A stretch of DNA of 64,000 bases from an uncultured delta proteobacterium (GTDB lineage Bacteria > Desulfobacterota > Deferrimicrobia > Deferrimicrobiales > Deferrimicrobiaceae): positions 65,622 through 129,621 of the forward strand of contig CAVYRM010000004.1 in assembly GCA_963770975.1 (NCBI GenBank). The letters are read 5' to 3'. The translations under genes and the position numbers were made by a program. The stretch's first letter is position 1. The number at the start of each line of letters is the position of its first letter. Positions 38,567 to 47,177 of the stretch are shown here, in pieces. The notes under the pieces are model-generated. The model saw nothing but the letters and a program-made list of their open reading frames with translations, ran no database searches and had not been told where the DNA came from.

Positions 38567-40330
38567 TTGAGGGAAGCCGTCCCGAGGGAGTGGACCCTCC
38601 GTTCCCCCGATCCGGCCGTCGTCCGTGAAATTTCCGTCGGCCACGGCCTGAGCGCGCCCGCGGCGAAGGTGCTCGCCAACCGGGGGATCGTGGAACCGTC
38701 CGGCATCGGCAGCTTCCTGAACGGCACCCTCTCCGACCTCCCCGATCCATCCCTGCTCAAGGATGCCGACAAGGCGGCAAGAAGGCTCGCGGATGCCGGA
38801 TCCCGCGGAGAGCCGATCCTCATCTACGCCGATTACGACGCCGACGGGGCCACCGGCGCCGCCTGCATCTACCTCTTCCTGAAGGAAATCTACCCGGAGC
38901 TTCCCGTGCGGATCCACCAGAACGACCGCCGGAAGGAAGGATACGGGCTACAGGCGCGTGTCCTCTCCGAGGCGGCTCGGGAAGGGTTTCGCCTCGTGGT
39001 GACCGTCGACAGCGGGATCACCGACATCGGCGCCTTGCGGGAGGCGGCGCGGGAAGGGATCGAGGTGATCGTCACGGACCACCACCTCACGGGGGATGAG
39101 GCCCCGGAGGCGTTCGCCGTCGTGAACCCCCGGCAGCCGGATTGCCCCTTCCCGGAGAAGGAGGTGGCCGGCGTCGGCGTCGCTTTCCTGCTCGTGTGCA
39201 GCCTGCGGAAGGAGTTGCGGGAGAGAGGGACGTTCGGGACGCTGCGGGAACCGGCGCTGCGTCAATACCTCGACCTGGTCGCTCTCGGGACGGTGGCCGA
39301 CATGGCCCCCCTTCGCGGGGGGAACCGTCTCTTCGTGCGGGAGGGGCTTCGCGAGATCCGGAGATCGCCCCGACCGGGGATCGAGGCGCTGTTCGCCGCC
39401 GCGGGGGTCCCGCACGGCTCGGCGACGGAGACGGACCTCGGCTTCCGGGTCGGTCCGAGGCTCAACGCCGCGGGCCGGGTCGGCGACGCGACGCGCAGTT
39501 CGCGGATCCTCGTGTCGGGGTCCCTCGAGGATGCGGCGGTCCTCGCAAGGGAACTGACCGAGGCCAACGCGTTTCGGCAGCGGGAGGAGGAGCGGATCCT
39601 CACCGCCGTGGAAACCGCCCTCGCCGCGGGGAAGGGGATGCCCCCCGCGATCGTGCTGTCGGATCCCGCCTGGAACGTCGGCGTCCTGGGAATCGTGGCG
39701 TCGAAGGTCCTTGAACGGTACGGCCGCCCGGTCGTCCTCCTGCAGGAGGAGAACGGCGAGGCGAAAGGCTCCTGCCGGAGCATCGAGGGGTTCCACATCG
39801 TGTCGGTCCTGTCCTCTCTCTCCCACCTGCTCGTGCGGTACGGGGGGCATGCCCAGGCCGCGGGCCTCGCGCTTTCCCTCGATCGGCTCGACGCCTTCCG
39901 GCAGGGATTCACGGAGATCGCCGGGGAGCACATGCGGAACGCCCCCTTCGTGCTTCGCCAGACGATCGACGCGCGGCTTCGCATCGGCGAGATCACCCCC
40001 CGGCTGCTGGCCGACCTCGACGCTTTCCGTCCGTTCGGCGTCGGGAACGAGGAGCCCCTTTTCCTCATGCGGAACGTCGCCGTCAAGGCGATCTCCCGGA
40101 TCGGGGCGGGGGGTCGGCACCTCCGGTTCGCCGTCGAGGAGGACGGGCGGCGCCTTCCCGGCGTGGCGTTTCAACGGGAGGAGATCCCCGCCGACGCCGC
40201 GGGCCGGTCGGACCTGGTCTTCGCCCTCCATGAAAACGTCTACCGCGGCGCGCGGTCCCTCCAGCTTCTCCTGCGGGACGCCCGGCCCGCGGGGGAGACG
40301 GTATTGTGCGAGGGAACGCCGCCGGGGTAG
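38567..40330 (+). CDS. recJ: Single-stranded-DNA-specific exonuclease RecJ
   Basis: TTG start. The DHH motifs are IYADYDADGATG, VTVDSG and VTDHH. The DHHA1 motif is GGHAQAAG. Confidence 0.92.
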   Translation: MREAVPREWTLRSPDPAVVREISVGHGLSAPAAKVLANRGIVEPSGIGSFLNGTLSDLPDPSLLKDADKAARRLADAGSRGEPILIYADYDADGATGAACIYLFLKEIYPELPVRIHQNDRRKEGYGLQARVLSEAAREGFRLVVTVDSGITDIGALREAAREGIEVIVTDHHLTGDEAPEAFAVVNPRQPDCPFPEKEVAGVGVAFLLVCSLRKELRERGTFGTLREPALRQYLDLVALGTVADMAPLRGGNRLFVREGLREIRRSPRPGIEALFAAAGVPHGSATETDLGFRVGPRLNAAGRVGDATRSSRILVSGSLEDAAVLARELTEANAFRQREEERILTAVETALAAGKGMPPAIVLSDPAWNVGVLGIVASKVLERYGRPVVLLQEENGEAKGSCRSIEGFHIVSVLSSLSHLLVRYGGHAQAAGLALSLDRLDAFRQGFTEIAGEHMRNAPFVLRQTIDARLRIGEITPRLLADLDAFRPFGVGNEEPLFLMRNVAVKAISRIGAGGRHLRFAVEEDGRRLPGVAFQREEIPADAAGRSDLVFALHENVYRGARSLQLLLRDARPAGETVLCEGTPPG

Positions 40331-40382
40331 AATCTGCCGGACGGCACGCCCCACCTCAACCGGTCCACAGGAGGTTTCCCCC

Positions 40383-41273
40383 GTGATCCCATACTCCGTG
40401 ACGTTCGGAGGGATATCCGGCAGGTACGCGTCCTGGAAGGATGCGACCTTCGTCGTCATCCCGTTCCCCATCGACATGACCACGACCTACATGACCGGCA
40501 CCCGGAACGGTCCCCGGGCCATCCTCGACGCCTCTTCCCACATGGAGTTGTTCGACGAGGAGAACAAGATCGAGCCGTATCGCGCCGGGATCTTCGTCTC
40601 CACGGAGGTTCCCGTTTCGCTTGCCGGGCCGGTCGCCGCGCTCAAGGAAGTGGAGCGAAGGGTGAAGGCGACCGTACGGGCGGGGAAGATGCCCATCCTC
40701 CTCGGGGGGGAGCACTCCGGGACGGCGGCGGCCGTTTCCGCGCTCCGGAAACGGTACGACGACCTGACGGTCCTCCAGTTCGACGCGCACACGGACCTGC
40801 GCGACACGTACCTCGGCACGCCGTACAACCACGCGTGCGTCGGGAGGCGGATCGTCGACACGGGCGCCCGGCTCATCCAGGTGGGGATCCGGAGCATGTC
40901 CGAGGAGGAGGACCGCTTCCTGAAGAAATCGGAGGAGGTGAAGACCTTCTACGCCTCCGAGGTGCGGGACAACGTGGCCGACGTGACGAAGGGGATCGTC
41001 AGTTCCATGTCGGGAAACGTCTATATCACGATCGACCTCGACGTGTTCGATCCGGGGATCATGCCGGCCGTCGTGACGCCGGAGCCCGGAGGGCTGACCT
41101 GGTTCGAGGGGATCGACATCCTGCGGGACGTGATGCGGGCGAATTGCAACATCGTCGGTTTCGACGTGATGGAACTCGCCCCGATCGCCGGGATGGCGGC
41201 GCCGGACTACCTCGCCGCGCGCCTTTGCTACCGATTGATGGGCTGGCTCGTCGCGCGCCAGACCGAGAAGTAA
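40383..41273 (+). CDS. speB: Agmatinase (ureohydrolase family)
   Basis: The GTG start has AGGAGG 8 nt upstream. Diagnostic segments are [25 protein letters not shown] and GFDVMEL. Confidence 0.88.
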   Translation: MIPYSVTFGGISGRYASWKDATFVVIPFPIDMTTTYMTGTRNGPRAILDASSHMELFDEENKIEPYRAGIFVSTEVPVSLAGPVAALKEVERRVKATVRAGKMPILLGGEHSGTAAAVSALRKRYDDLTVLQFDAHTDLRDTYLGTPYNHACVGRRIVDTGARLIQVGIRSMSEEEDRFLKKSEEVKTFYASEVRDNVADVTKGIVSSMSGNVYITIDLDVFDPGIMPAVVTPEPGGLTWFEGIDILRDVMRANCNIVGFDVMELAPIAGMAAPDYLAARLCYRLMGWLVARQTEK

Positions 41274-41298
41274 CGCCCCGGCGAAGGAGAAGGTCCGC

Positions 41299-41838
41299 AT
41301 GTCCGTTCCCACGAAGATTTTCTTCACCAAGGGCGTCGGCCGCCACCGCGAGCAACTGACGTCGTTCGAGCTCGCCCTCCGGGATGCCGGGATCCAGAAG
41401 TTCAACCTCGTCCAGGTTTCCAGCATCTTCCCGCCCAAGTGCCGGATCGTGAAGAAGGAGGAGGGGCTCAAGCTGCTGTCGCCCGGCGAGATCGTATTCG
41501 TCGTCATGAGCCGGTGCTGCAGCGACGAGCCGCGGCGGCTGGTGGCCGCCTCGGTGGGGTGCGCCCTCCCTTCCGACCGGTCCGTCTACGGGTACCTGAG
41601 CGAGCACCACGCCTTCGGGCAGAACGAGAAGGTGGCGGGGGACTACGCGGAGGACCTGGCGGCCGCGATGCTCGCGTCCACCCTCGGCGTCGAGTTCGAC
41701 GAGGACAAGAGCTGGGACGAGAAGCGGGAGGTGTGGAAGATCAGCGGGAAGATCTACCGCTCCTTCAACATCACGCAGTCCGCGATCGTGAAGGACGAAT
41801 ACACGACGGTCGTCGCGGCGGCCGTGCTGGTCATCTGA
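41299..41838 (+). CDS. pdaD: Pyruvoyl-dependent arginine decarboxylase
   Basis: The N-terminal region reads [29 protein letters not shown]. The self-processing site context is NLVQVSS|IFPP (S41-S42). Confidence 0.88.
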   Translation: MSVPTKIFFTKGVGRHREQLTSFELALRDAGIQKFNLVQVSSIFPPKCRIVKKEEGLKLLSPGEIVFVVMSRCCSDEPRRLVAASVGCALPSDRSVYGYLSEHHAFGQNEKVAGDYAEDLAAAMLASTLGVEFDEDKSWDEKREVWKISGKIYRSFNITQSAIVKDEYTTVVAAAVLVI

Positions 41839-41848
41839 GGAGGCGCGG

Positions 41849-42841
41849 ATGCGGGGTGCCCGGATCGCCGGAACGGGGCGGGAACTGCCGTCCAGGGTGG
41901 TGAGGAACGAGGAGCTCGCGAGGATGATGGACACCTCCGACGAGTGGATCGTCCAGCGTACCGGGATCCGGGAGCGGCGGTACGTCGAGCCGGGGACGGG
42001 ATCGTCGCACCTCGGCGCCGCCGCGGCCCGCAAGGCGATCGGGAAGGCGGGGATCTCCCCGGGCGACATCGGCCTGATCGTCTTCGCCACGCTGTCCCCG
42101 GATTACTACTTTCCGGGAGGGGGCGTCCTGGTGCAGAACCACCTCGGCTTGCCCACGGTCGGGGCGCTGGACGTGCGCGACCAGTGCAGCGGTTTTCTCT
42201 ACGGGCTCTCCGTGGCGGAAGCGTTCGTGAAGGGGGGATTCCACGACTACGTCCTGGTGATCGGGGCGGAGGTCCACAGCCCCGGCCTGAACTTCACCAC
42301 CGGAGGCAGGGACACCGCGGTGATCTTCGGCGACGGGGCGGGCGCCGTGGTGGTCGGTCCGGCCGAGCCCGGGAAGGGGATCCTCTCCTCCCACCTCCAC
42401 TCCGAGGGAAAGCACGCGAAGGAGCTCTGGGTCGAGGCGCCCACGTTTCTCGAGAAACCGTGGATCACCGGCGAGATGCTCGGCCAGGGCCGCCACTTCC
42501 CGAAGATGAACGGGAAGTACGTGTTCGTCCATGCGGTCCGTCGCTTCCCGGAAGCGATCCGGGAAGCCCTCGCGAAGAACGGGTACGGCATGTCCGATCT
42601 CTCCCTGCTGATTCCCCACCAGGCGAACCGGCGGATCACCCAGGCGGTCGGAGCGGCGCTCGAGCTGCCGGAGGAGAAAGTCTTCTCCAACATCGAACGG
42701 TACGGGAACACGACGGCGGCATCGATCCCGATCGCCCTCGACGAATGCGTCGAGCAGGGGCGGGTCCGTGAGGGGGACCTCGTGTGCCTGGCGGCGTTCG
42801 GGTCGGGTTTCACATGGGCATCGACCTTGATCCGCTGGTAG
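41849..42841 (+). CDS. fabH: 3-oxoacyl-[ACP] synthase III
   Basis: Diagnostic segments are TSDEWIVQRTGIRERR, the active-site context DVRDQCSGFLYGL, HQANRRI and YGNTTAASIP. Confidence 0.93.
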   Translation: MRGARIAGTGRELPSRVVRNEELARMMDTSDEWIVQRTGIRERRYVEPGTGSSHLGAAAARKAIGKAGISPGDIGLIVFATLSPDYYFPGGGVLVQNHLGLPTVGALDVRDQCSGFLYGLSVAEAFVKGGFHDYVLVIGAEVHSPGLNFTTGGRDTAVIFGDGAGAVVVGPAEPGKGILSSHLHSEGKHAKELWVEAPTFLEKPWITGEMLGQGRHFPKMNGKYVFVHAVRRFPEAIREALAKNGYGMSDLSLLIPHQANRRITQAVGAALELPEEKVFSNIERYGNTTAASIPIALDECVEQGRVREGDLVCLAAFGSGFTWASTLIRW

Positions 42842-43320
42842 AGGGAGGCGAGCCGCCGCCGGTCCGGGTCCGGAACATGCGGCCCGCGGACCTCGGCGCC
42901 GTGATGGCGATCGAGCAGGTTTCCTTTCCGACCCCCTGGACCCGCGGGATGTTCGCGGAGGACTTTTCCCGCGGTTTCTCGGACACCCTGGTCGCGGTCG
43001 GGTCCGAAGGCCGGGTATGCGGGTACGCGGTCTGCTGGACCATCGCGGGGGAGTCCCACCTGTTGAATATCGCCGTGGATCCGGTTTGCAGGGGGCAGGG
43101 GGTCGGCCGGGCGCTTCTGTCGGAATGCATCCGCCGTTCGGCGCGGTCCGGGGCATCGCGGATCTTCCTCGAAGTGCGCGCGAAGAACGAGCCCGCGCTG
43201 CGGCTCTATCACGGGATGGGTTTCGTGTACCGGGGACTCCGGAAGGGGTACTACACCGATACGGGAGAGGACGCCGTCGTCCTCGACCGGGAGGTACGGA
43301 AGAGCGATGCCGGTCGGTAG
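42814..43320 (+). CDS. rimI: Ribosomal-protein-alanine N-acetyltransferase (GNAT)
   Basis: Diagnostic segments are IEQVSFPTPWTRGMF, LLNIAVDPVCRGQGVGRALL and LEVRAKNEPALRLY. The start is uncertain: ATG 42814 overlaps fabH, and ATG 42877 is the alternative. Confidence 0.8.
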   Translation: MGIDLDPLVEGGEPPPVRVRNMRPADLGAVMAIEQVSFPTPWTRGMFAEDFSRGFSDTLVAVGSEGRVCGYAVCWTIAGESHLLNIAVDPVCRGQGVGRALLSECIRRSARSGASRIFLEVRAKNEPALRLYHGMGFVYRGLRKGYYTDTGEDAVVLDREVRKSDAGR

Positions 43321-44125
43321 GCCGCGGTTCGTCCACGGGAAGATCCTTCGAAACTCGGGGAGCGGAATCTTCTACAGGATGGAGGTATCGATCCCGGACC
43401 GGATCGAGTTCGTCCCCGGCCAGTTCGCGATGGTCTCCGGATGGCCCGGGAACGACCCGCTCCTGCCGCGTCCCCTCGCGATCTTCCACGCCGGGGGCGC
43501 CCGCGGGAAAGGAACCGTCGAGTTCGTCTACAAGGTCGTCGGCCGGGGGACCGCCCTGCTGTCGGGCCTCCACGACGGCGATCCGCTCGCGCTGACCTTG
43601 CCGCTGGGGCACGGGTTCGAGTTCCCCGGGGAGGATCGTTCCTGGTGGCTGGTGGGGGGCGGGGTGGGGTTCTCCACCGTTTTTCCCGCCGCCGCGGCGC
43701 TCGAGAGGGAGCGGGCCGACTTCGAGATCTTCCTCGGGGCGCGAACGCGCGACCAGCTTCCCCCGGGAGAGTGGATCCCCGGGGGGGGAATTCCCGGCCG
43801 GGTCCACCTGTGCACCGACGACGGGACGGCGGGTTTCCTCGGGACCGTTTCGTCCGCTCTCGGGGAGCGCCTGGAACGGCGGAAACCTTCCGAGCGGGAA
43901 CGGCTCACGATCCTCGCGTGCGGTCCCACGGAGATGCTGAAGGCCGTGGCGGAGACCGCGCTCCCCCTGGGCGTGCGCGTCCAGGTGTCCCTCGAGAGCC
44001 ACATGGCGTGCGGCTTCGGAGTCTGCTGGGGGTGCGTGACCGCCGTCCGGGACGGGGAGAAAACGTCGTACAAAAGGGTGTGCAAGGAAGGGCCGGTCTT
44101 CGACGCGGGGGAGGTGGTCTGGTGA
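43307..44125 (+). CDS. pyrK: Dihydroorotate dehydrogenase (type 1B) electron-transfer subunit
   Basis: It has an FAD/NAD-binding fold (GQFAMV, RPLAIF). The C-terminal 2Fe-2S motif is MACGFGVCWGC. Confidence 0.85.
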   Translation: MPVGRPRFVHGKILRNSGSGIFYRMEVSIPDRIEFVPGQFAMVSGWPGNDPLLPRPLAIFHAGGARGKGTVEFVYKVVGRGTALLSGLHDGDPLALTLPLGHGFEFPGEDRSWWLVGGGVGFSTVFPAAAALERERADFEIFLGARTRDQLPPGEWIPGGGIPGRVHLCTDDGTAGFLGTVSSALGERLERRKPSERERLTILACGPTEMLKAVAETALPLGVRVQVSLESHMACGFGVCWGCVTAVRDGEKTSYKRVCKEGPVFDAGEVVW

Positions 44126-45048
44126 CGCCGGCCGCGCCCCCCGATCTCACCACCCGCGTGGGAGAGGTGACCCTCAAGAACCCGGTGATGAGCGCTTCCG
44201 GGACGTTCGGATACGGGCTCGAATTCACGTCGTTCTACGACATCTCCCGGCTCGGAGCGGTGATCGTCAAGGGGCTCTCCCTCCTGCCGACCCGGGGCAA
44301 CGCCCCGGGGCGGATCGTCGAAACGCCCGCCGGGATGCTGAACGCGATCGGCCTCCAGAACATCGGGGTCGAGCGGTTCGTGGCCGACGTCGCTCCGCGC
44401 CTGGCCGACGCGGGAGCCGTGTGCGTGGCGAACATCTACGGGCGGACGATCGAGGAATACGAGGAAGTGGCCCGGCGGCTTTCCGCGGTTTCCACGTTGA
44501 CGGCGATCGAGCTGAACGCGTCCTGCCCCAACGTGAAGGAAGGGGGGATCGCCTTCGGCTCGAACCCGGAGGGGCTGGCCGGGCTCACCCGGCGGGTGCG
44601 GGCCGCCACGGGGAAGCCGTTGTGGGTGAAGCTGTCCCCGAACGTGTCCGACATCGGGGCGGTCGCGCGCGCGGCGGAGGAGGCGGGGGCGGACGCGGTG
44701 TCCCTGATCAACACGCTCGTGGGGATGGCCGTGGACCATCGAACGCGGCGGCCCAGGCTCTCCAACGTGACGGGCGGGTTGTCGGGCCCGGCGGTGAAAC
44801 CGGTCGCCTTGCGGATGGTGTGGGAGGCGTGCAAGGCCGTGAAGATCCCCGTGATCGGGATCGGGGGGATCCAGAACGCCGAGGATGCGCTGGAGTTCCT
44901 GCTGGTGGGCGCCGCGGCGGTGCAGGTGGGGACGGCGAACTTCCGCAACCCGAACGCGTGCGTGGAGATCGTCGAGGGGATCCGGGACTTCCTGCTCCGG
45001 GAGAAGATCTCCCGGCTGGACGACTACCGTGGAACGCTCTTGCGGTGA
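44122..45048 (+). CDS. pyrD: Dihydroorotate dehydrogenase (type 1B) catalytic subunit
   Basis: GTGA overlap with pyrK. Diagnostic segments are LKNPVMSASGTFGYG, AIELNASCPNVKEGG, NTLVGM, GGLSGPAVKPVAL and GIGGI. Confidence 0.93.
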   Translation: MTPAAPPDLTTRVGEVTLKNPVMSASGTFGYGLEFTSFYDISRLGAVIVKGLSLLPTRGNAPGRIVETPAGMLNAIGLQNIGVERFVADVAPRLADAGAVCVANIYGRTIEEYEEVARRLSAVSTLTAIELNASCPNVKEGGIAFGSNPEGLAGLTRRVRAATGKPLWVKLSPNVSDIGAVARAAEEAGADAVSLINTLVGMAVDHRTRRPRLSNVTGGLSGPAVKPVALRMVWEACKAVKIPVIGIGGIQNAEDALEFLLVGAAAVQVGTANFRNPNACVEIVEGIRDFLLREKISRLDDYRGTLLR

Positions 45049-45064
45049 AAGGGAAAGAAATGTA

Positions 45065-45094
45065 TTGTGGGGGGCGCCGGTTTCCCTGTAGTAT
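45065..45094 (+). promoter_or_regulatory. Candidate sigma70-like promoter upstream of the rimP-nusA leader terminator
   Basis: TTGTGG (45065-45070), an 18-nt spacer, then TAGTAT (45089-45094). It sits in an AT-richer island after the pyrD stop. Confidence 0.3.
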
Positions 45095-45117
45095 GATGGT
45101 TGTCGGGGGCTTGGATA

Positions 45118-45143
45118 AGTGGGCTGGAGCCCACTTTTTTTTT
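45118..45143 (+). terminator. Canonical rho-independent terminator (stem-loop + T9)
   Basis: (A)GTGGGC-TGGA-GCCCAC(T) at 45118-45135 is followed by a T-run through 45143. The rimP GTG start lies only 9 nt downstream. Confidence 0.75.
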
Positions 45144-45151
45144 CTAAACCA

Positions 45152-45640
45152 GTGAAAACGGACGCCCTAAAGATCGAGGCTCTGGCCGCAGAGGTCGCAC
45201 GGGACCTTTCCCTCTCCGTGTACGACCTCGTGGTCGCCAGCGAAGGGCCGAGGGCGGTTCTCCGGGTCTTCATCGAGCGCGAGGGCGGAATAGCCCTTTC
45301 CGATATCACGGATTTCAGTCGCCGGTTCGGGGCGATCCTCGAGGTCGAAGACCCCATGGACGGCCCCTACCTGCTCGAGGTTTCCTCCCCCGGGGTGACA
45401 CGCCGGCTCCGGCGGCCCGACCACTTCGAACGTTCCTTGGGGAAGCGGGTCCGGGTGAGCCTTGCCGCTCCGCGGGAAGGACGCCGGAACCTCGTCGGAA
45501 CACTCTCCGACTGCACAGGGGTAGGAATCGAGATACGGGCGGACGAGGGGACCTACCGGATCCCGTACACCGAGATCCGGAAGGCGAACCTGGATGTGAC
45601 GCAGGAAGAACTCTTCGGGAAGGGAACGAAAAAGCGATGA
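45152..45640 (+). CDS. rimP: Ribosome maturation factor RimP
   Basis: Diagnostic segments are LEVSSPGVTRRL and GKRVRV. GTG 45152 gives an N-terminus of typical RimP length. The ORF-track start at 45119 would place the terminator hairpin inside the CDS. Confidence 0.85.
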   Translation: MKTDALKIEALAAEVARDLSLSVYDLVVASEGPRAVLRVFIEREGGIALSDITDFSRRFGAILEVEDPMDGPYLLEVSSPGVTRRLRRPDHFERSLGKRVRVSLAAPREGRRNLVGTLSDCTGVGIEIRADEGTYRIPYTEIRKANLDVTQEELFGKGTKKR

Positions 45641-46890
45641 TCCTGGACGTGGGACAGATCATAGCCCAGCTGGGCAAGGAGAAGGGGATCGACAGGGGCG
45701 TCATCATCGACGCGATCAAGGAAGCCCTGGAGACCGCGGCGCGCAAGAAGTACGGGATGAACAAGATCCTCGAAGCGACGTTCGATCCCGACACGGGGGA
45801 GTTCGAGATCCTGTCGTTCCGCACGGTGGTCGAGGCGGTTTCGGACCCCGACACGCAGATGACCATCGAGGAAGCCCAGGTGCTCGATCCCGAGGCCCAG
45901 ATGGGCGACAACCTCGGCGAGCGGCTGAGCACGAAGGACCTGGGCCGGATCGCCGCCCAGACGGCCCGCCAGATCATCATGCAGAAGGTGAAGGACGCCG
46001 AGCGCGAGGTCATCTACAACGAGTTCATCGGGCGGAAGGGGGAGATCCTCAACGGCATCGTGCAGCGGTACGAGCGCGACTGCCTCGTCATCGACCTCGG
46101 GAAGACCGAGGCGATCATGCCGCCGTCGGAGCAGATCCCCAGGGAGAGGTACCGCCAGGGGGACCGGATCCGCGCCTACATCAAGGACGTCACGAAAACC
46201 TCCCGGGGACCGGAGATCCTCCTTTCCCGCGCCGATCCGCGGGTGATCCTCAAGCTGTTCGAACAGGAGGTCCCGGAGGTCTACGAGGGGGTGGTCTCCA
46301 TCCTCAGCGTGGCGCGCGAGCCCGGCTTCCGCACCAAGATCGCCGTGAGATCCAGGGACCGGGACGTCGATCCGGTCGGAGCGTGCGTCGGCATGAAGGG
46401 ATCCCGCGTGCAGAGCGTCGTCCAGGAGTTGCGGGGGGAGCGGATCGACATCATCGCCTGGGACGAGGACCCCGCCCGTTTCGTCTGCAACGCCCTCCAG
46501 CCGGCGGAGATCATCCGCGTGCTGGTGAACGAGTCCGGGAAGAGCATGGAGGTGATCGTCCCCGAGGAACAGCTCCTCCTCGCGATCGGGAAACGGGGCC
46601 AGAACGTGAAACTCGCCTCCAAGCTCGTCGGTTGGCACATCGAGGTGCGGGCCGAGGGGCAGGTCGAGGACGCCCTGAAGCGGGCGGAAGGGCTGTTCGC
46701 GAAGAAGCCGGAAGCCGAAGCCGCGCCGGCCCCGCCGGCCGAAGGCCCGTCCGCCGAACCCGCCGCGGAGGAGCCCGCACCGGCGTCCGCCGGGGGGGAG
46801 ACTCCCGCGCCGTCCGTCCCGGAGGGCGCATCCGAGGCGCCGGCCGATGCGCCGGGCCCGAAGGAGGGCGGGAATTCCCCGGGGGAGTAG
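45637..46890 (+). CDS. nusA: Transcription termination/antitermination factor NusA
   Basis: ATGA overlap with rimP. It has an N-terminal domain, an S1 domain ([12 protein letters not shown]) and KH1/KH2 domains ([29 protein letters not shown]). The tail is an Ala/Pro/Glu-rich low-complexity region. Confidence 0.95.
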   Translation: MILDVGQIIAQLGKEKGIDRGVIIDAIKEALETAARKKYGMNKILEATFDPDTGEFEILSFRTVVEAVSDPDTQMTIEEAQVLDPEAQMGDNLGERLSTKDLGRIAAQTARQIIMQKVKDAEREVIYNEFIGRKGEILNGIVQRYERDCLVIDLGKTEAIMPPSEQIPRERYRQGDRIRAYIKDVTKTSRGPEILLSRADPRVILKLFEQEVPEVYEGVVSILSVAREPGFRTKIAVRSRDRDVDPVGACVGMKGSRVQSVVQELRGERIDIIAWDEDPARFVCNALQPAEIIRVLVNESGKSMEVIVPEEQLLLAIGKRGQNVKLASKLVGWHIEVRAEGQVEDALKRAEGLFAKKPEAEAAPAPPAEGPSAEPAAEEPAPASAGGETPAPSVPEGASEAPADAPGPKEGGNSPGE

Positions 46891-47167
46891 CCGGGAGCCG
46901 CAGCGCACCTGCGTGCAATGCGGGGCCGTCCGGGACAAGGGCGCGTTGTTCCGGATCGCCGGAAAGCCGGGGGCAGGCTGGATGCCGGACCCCGGGGGGA
47001 AGCTGCCGGGACGGGGCATTTACCTCTGCCCGGCGGGGGAGTGCATGGAACGGTTCGCGGCGAGGATCCGGACCCCGAAAGGGGGGGCACGCTGGAAGAT
47101 GGGTGTTGAAGGGAAGGATACGGCGGACCGCCTGATGGCGTATCGGAAGGGCGGCCCGAAATCGTAG
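46847..47167 (+). CDS. ylxR: YlxR/RnpM (DUF448) RNA-binding protein
   Basis: Diagnostic segments are [18 protein letters not shown] and GRGIYLC. It overlaps the nusA 3' end by 44 nt. No alternative start exists downstream. Confidence 0.8.
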   Translation: MRRARRRAGIPRGSSREPQRTCVQCGAVRDKGALFRIAGKPGAGWMPDPGGKLPGRGIYLCPAGECMERFAARIRTPKGGARWKMGVEGKDTADRLMAYRKGGPKS

Positions 47168-47177
47168 GGGGGTGTGG

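Noticed and set aside
45119-45151. The ORF-track start GTG 45119 for rimP (MGWSPLFFSKP...).
   Set aside because: The extra 11 codons are simply the terminator stem-loop and its T9 tract read as protein (FFS from TTTTTTTTT). GTG 45152 gives a RimP N-terminus of normal length.
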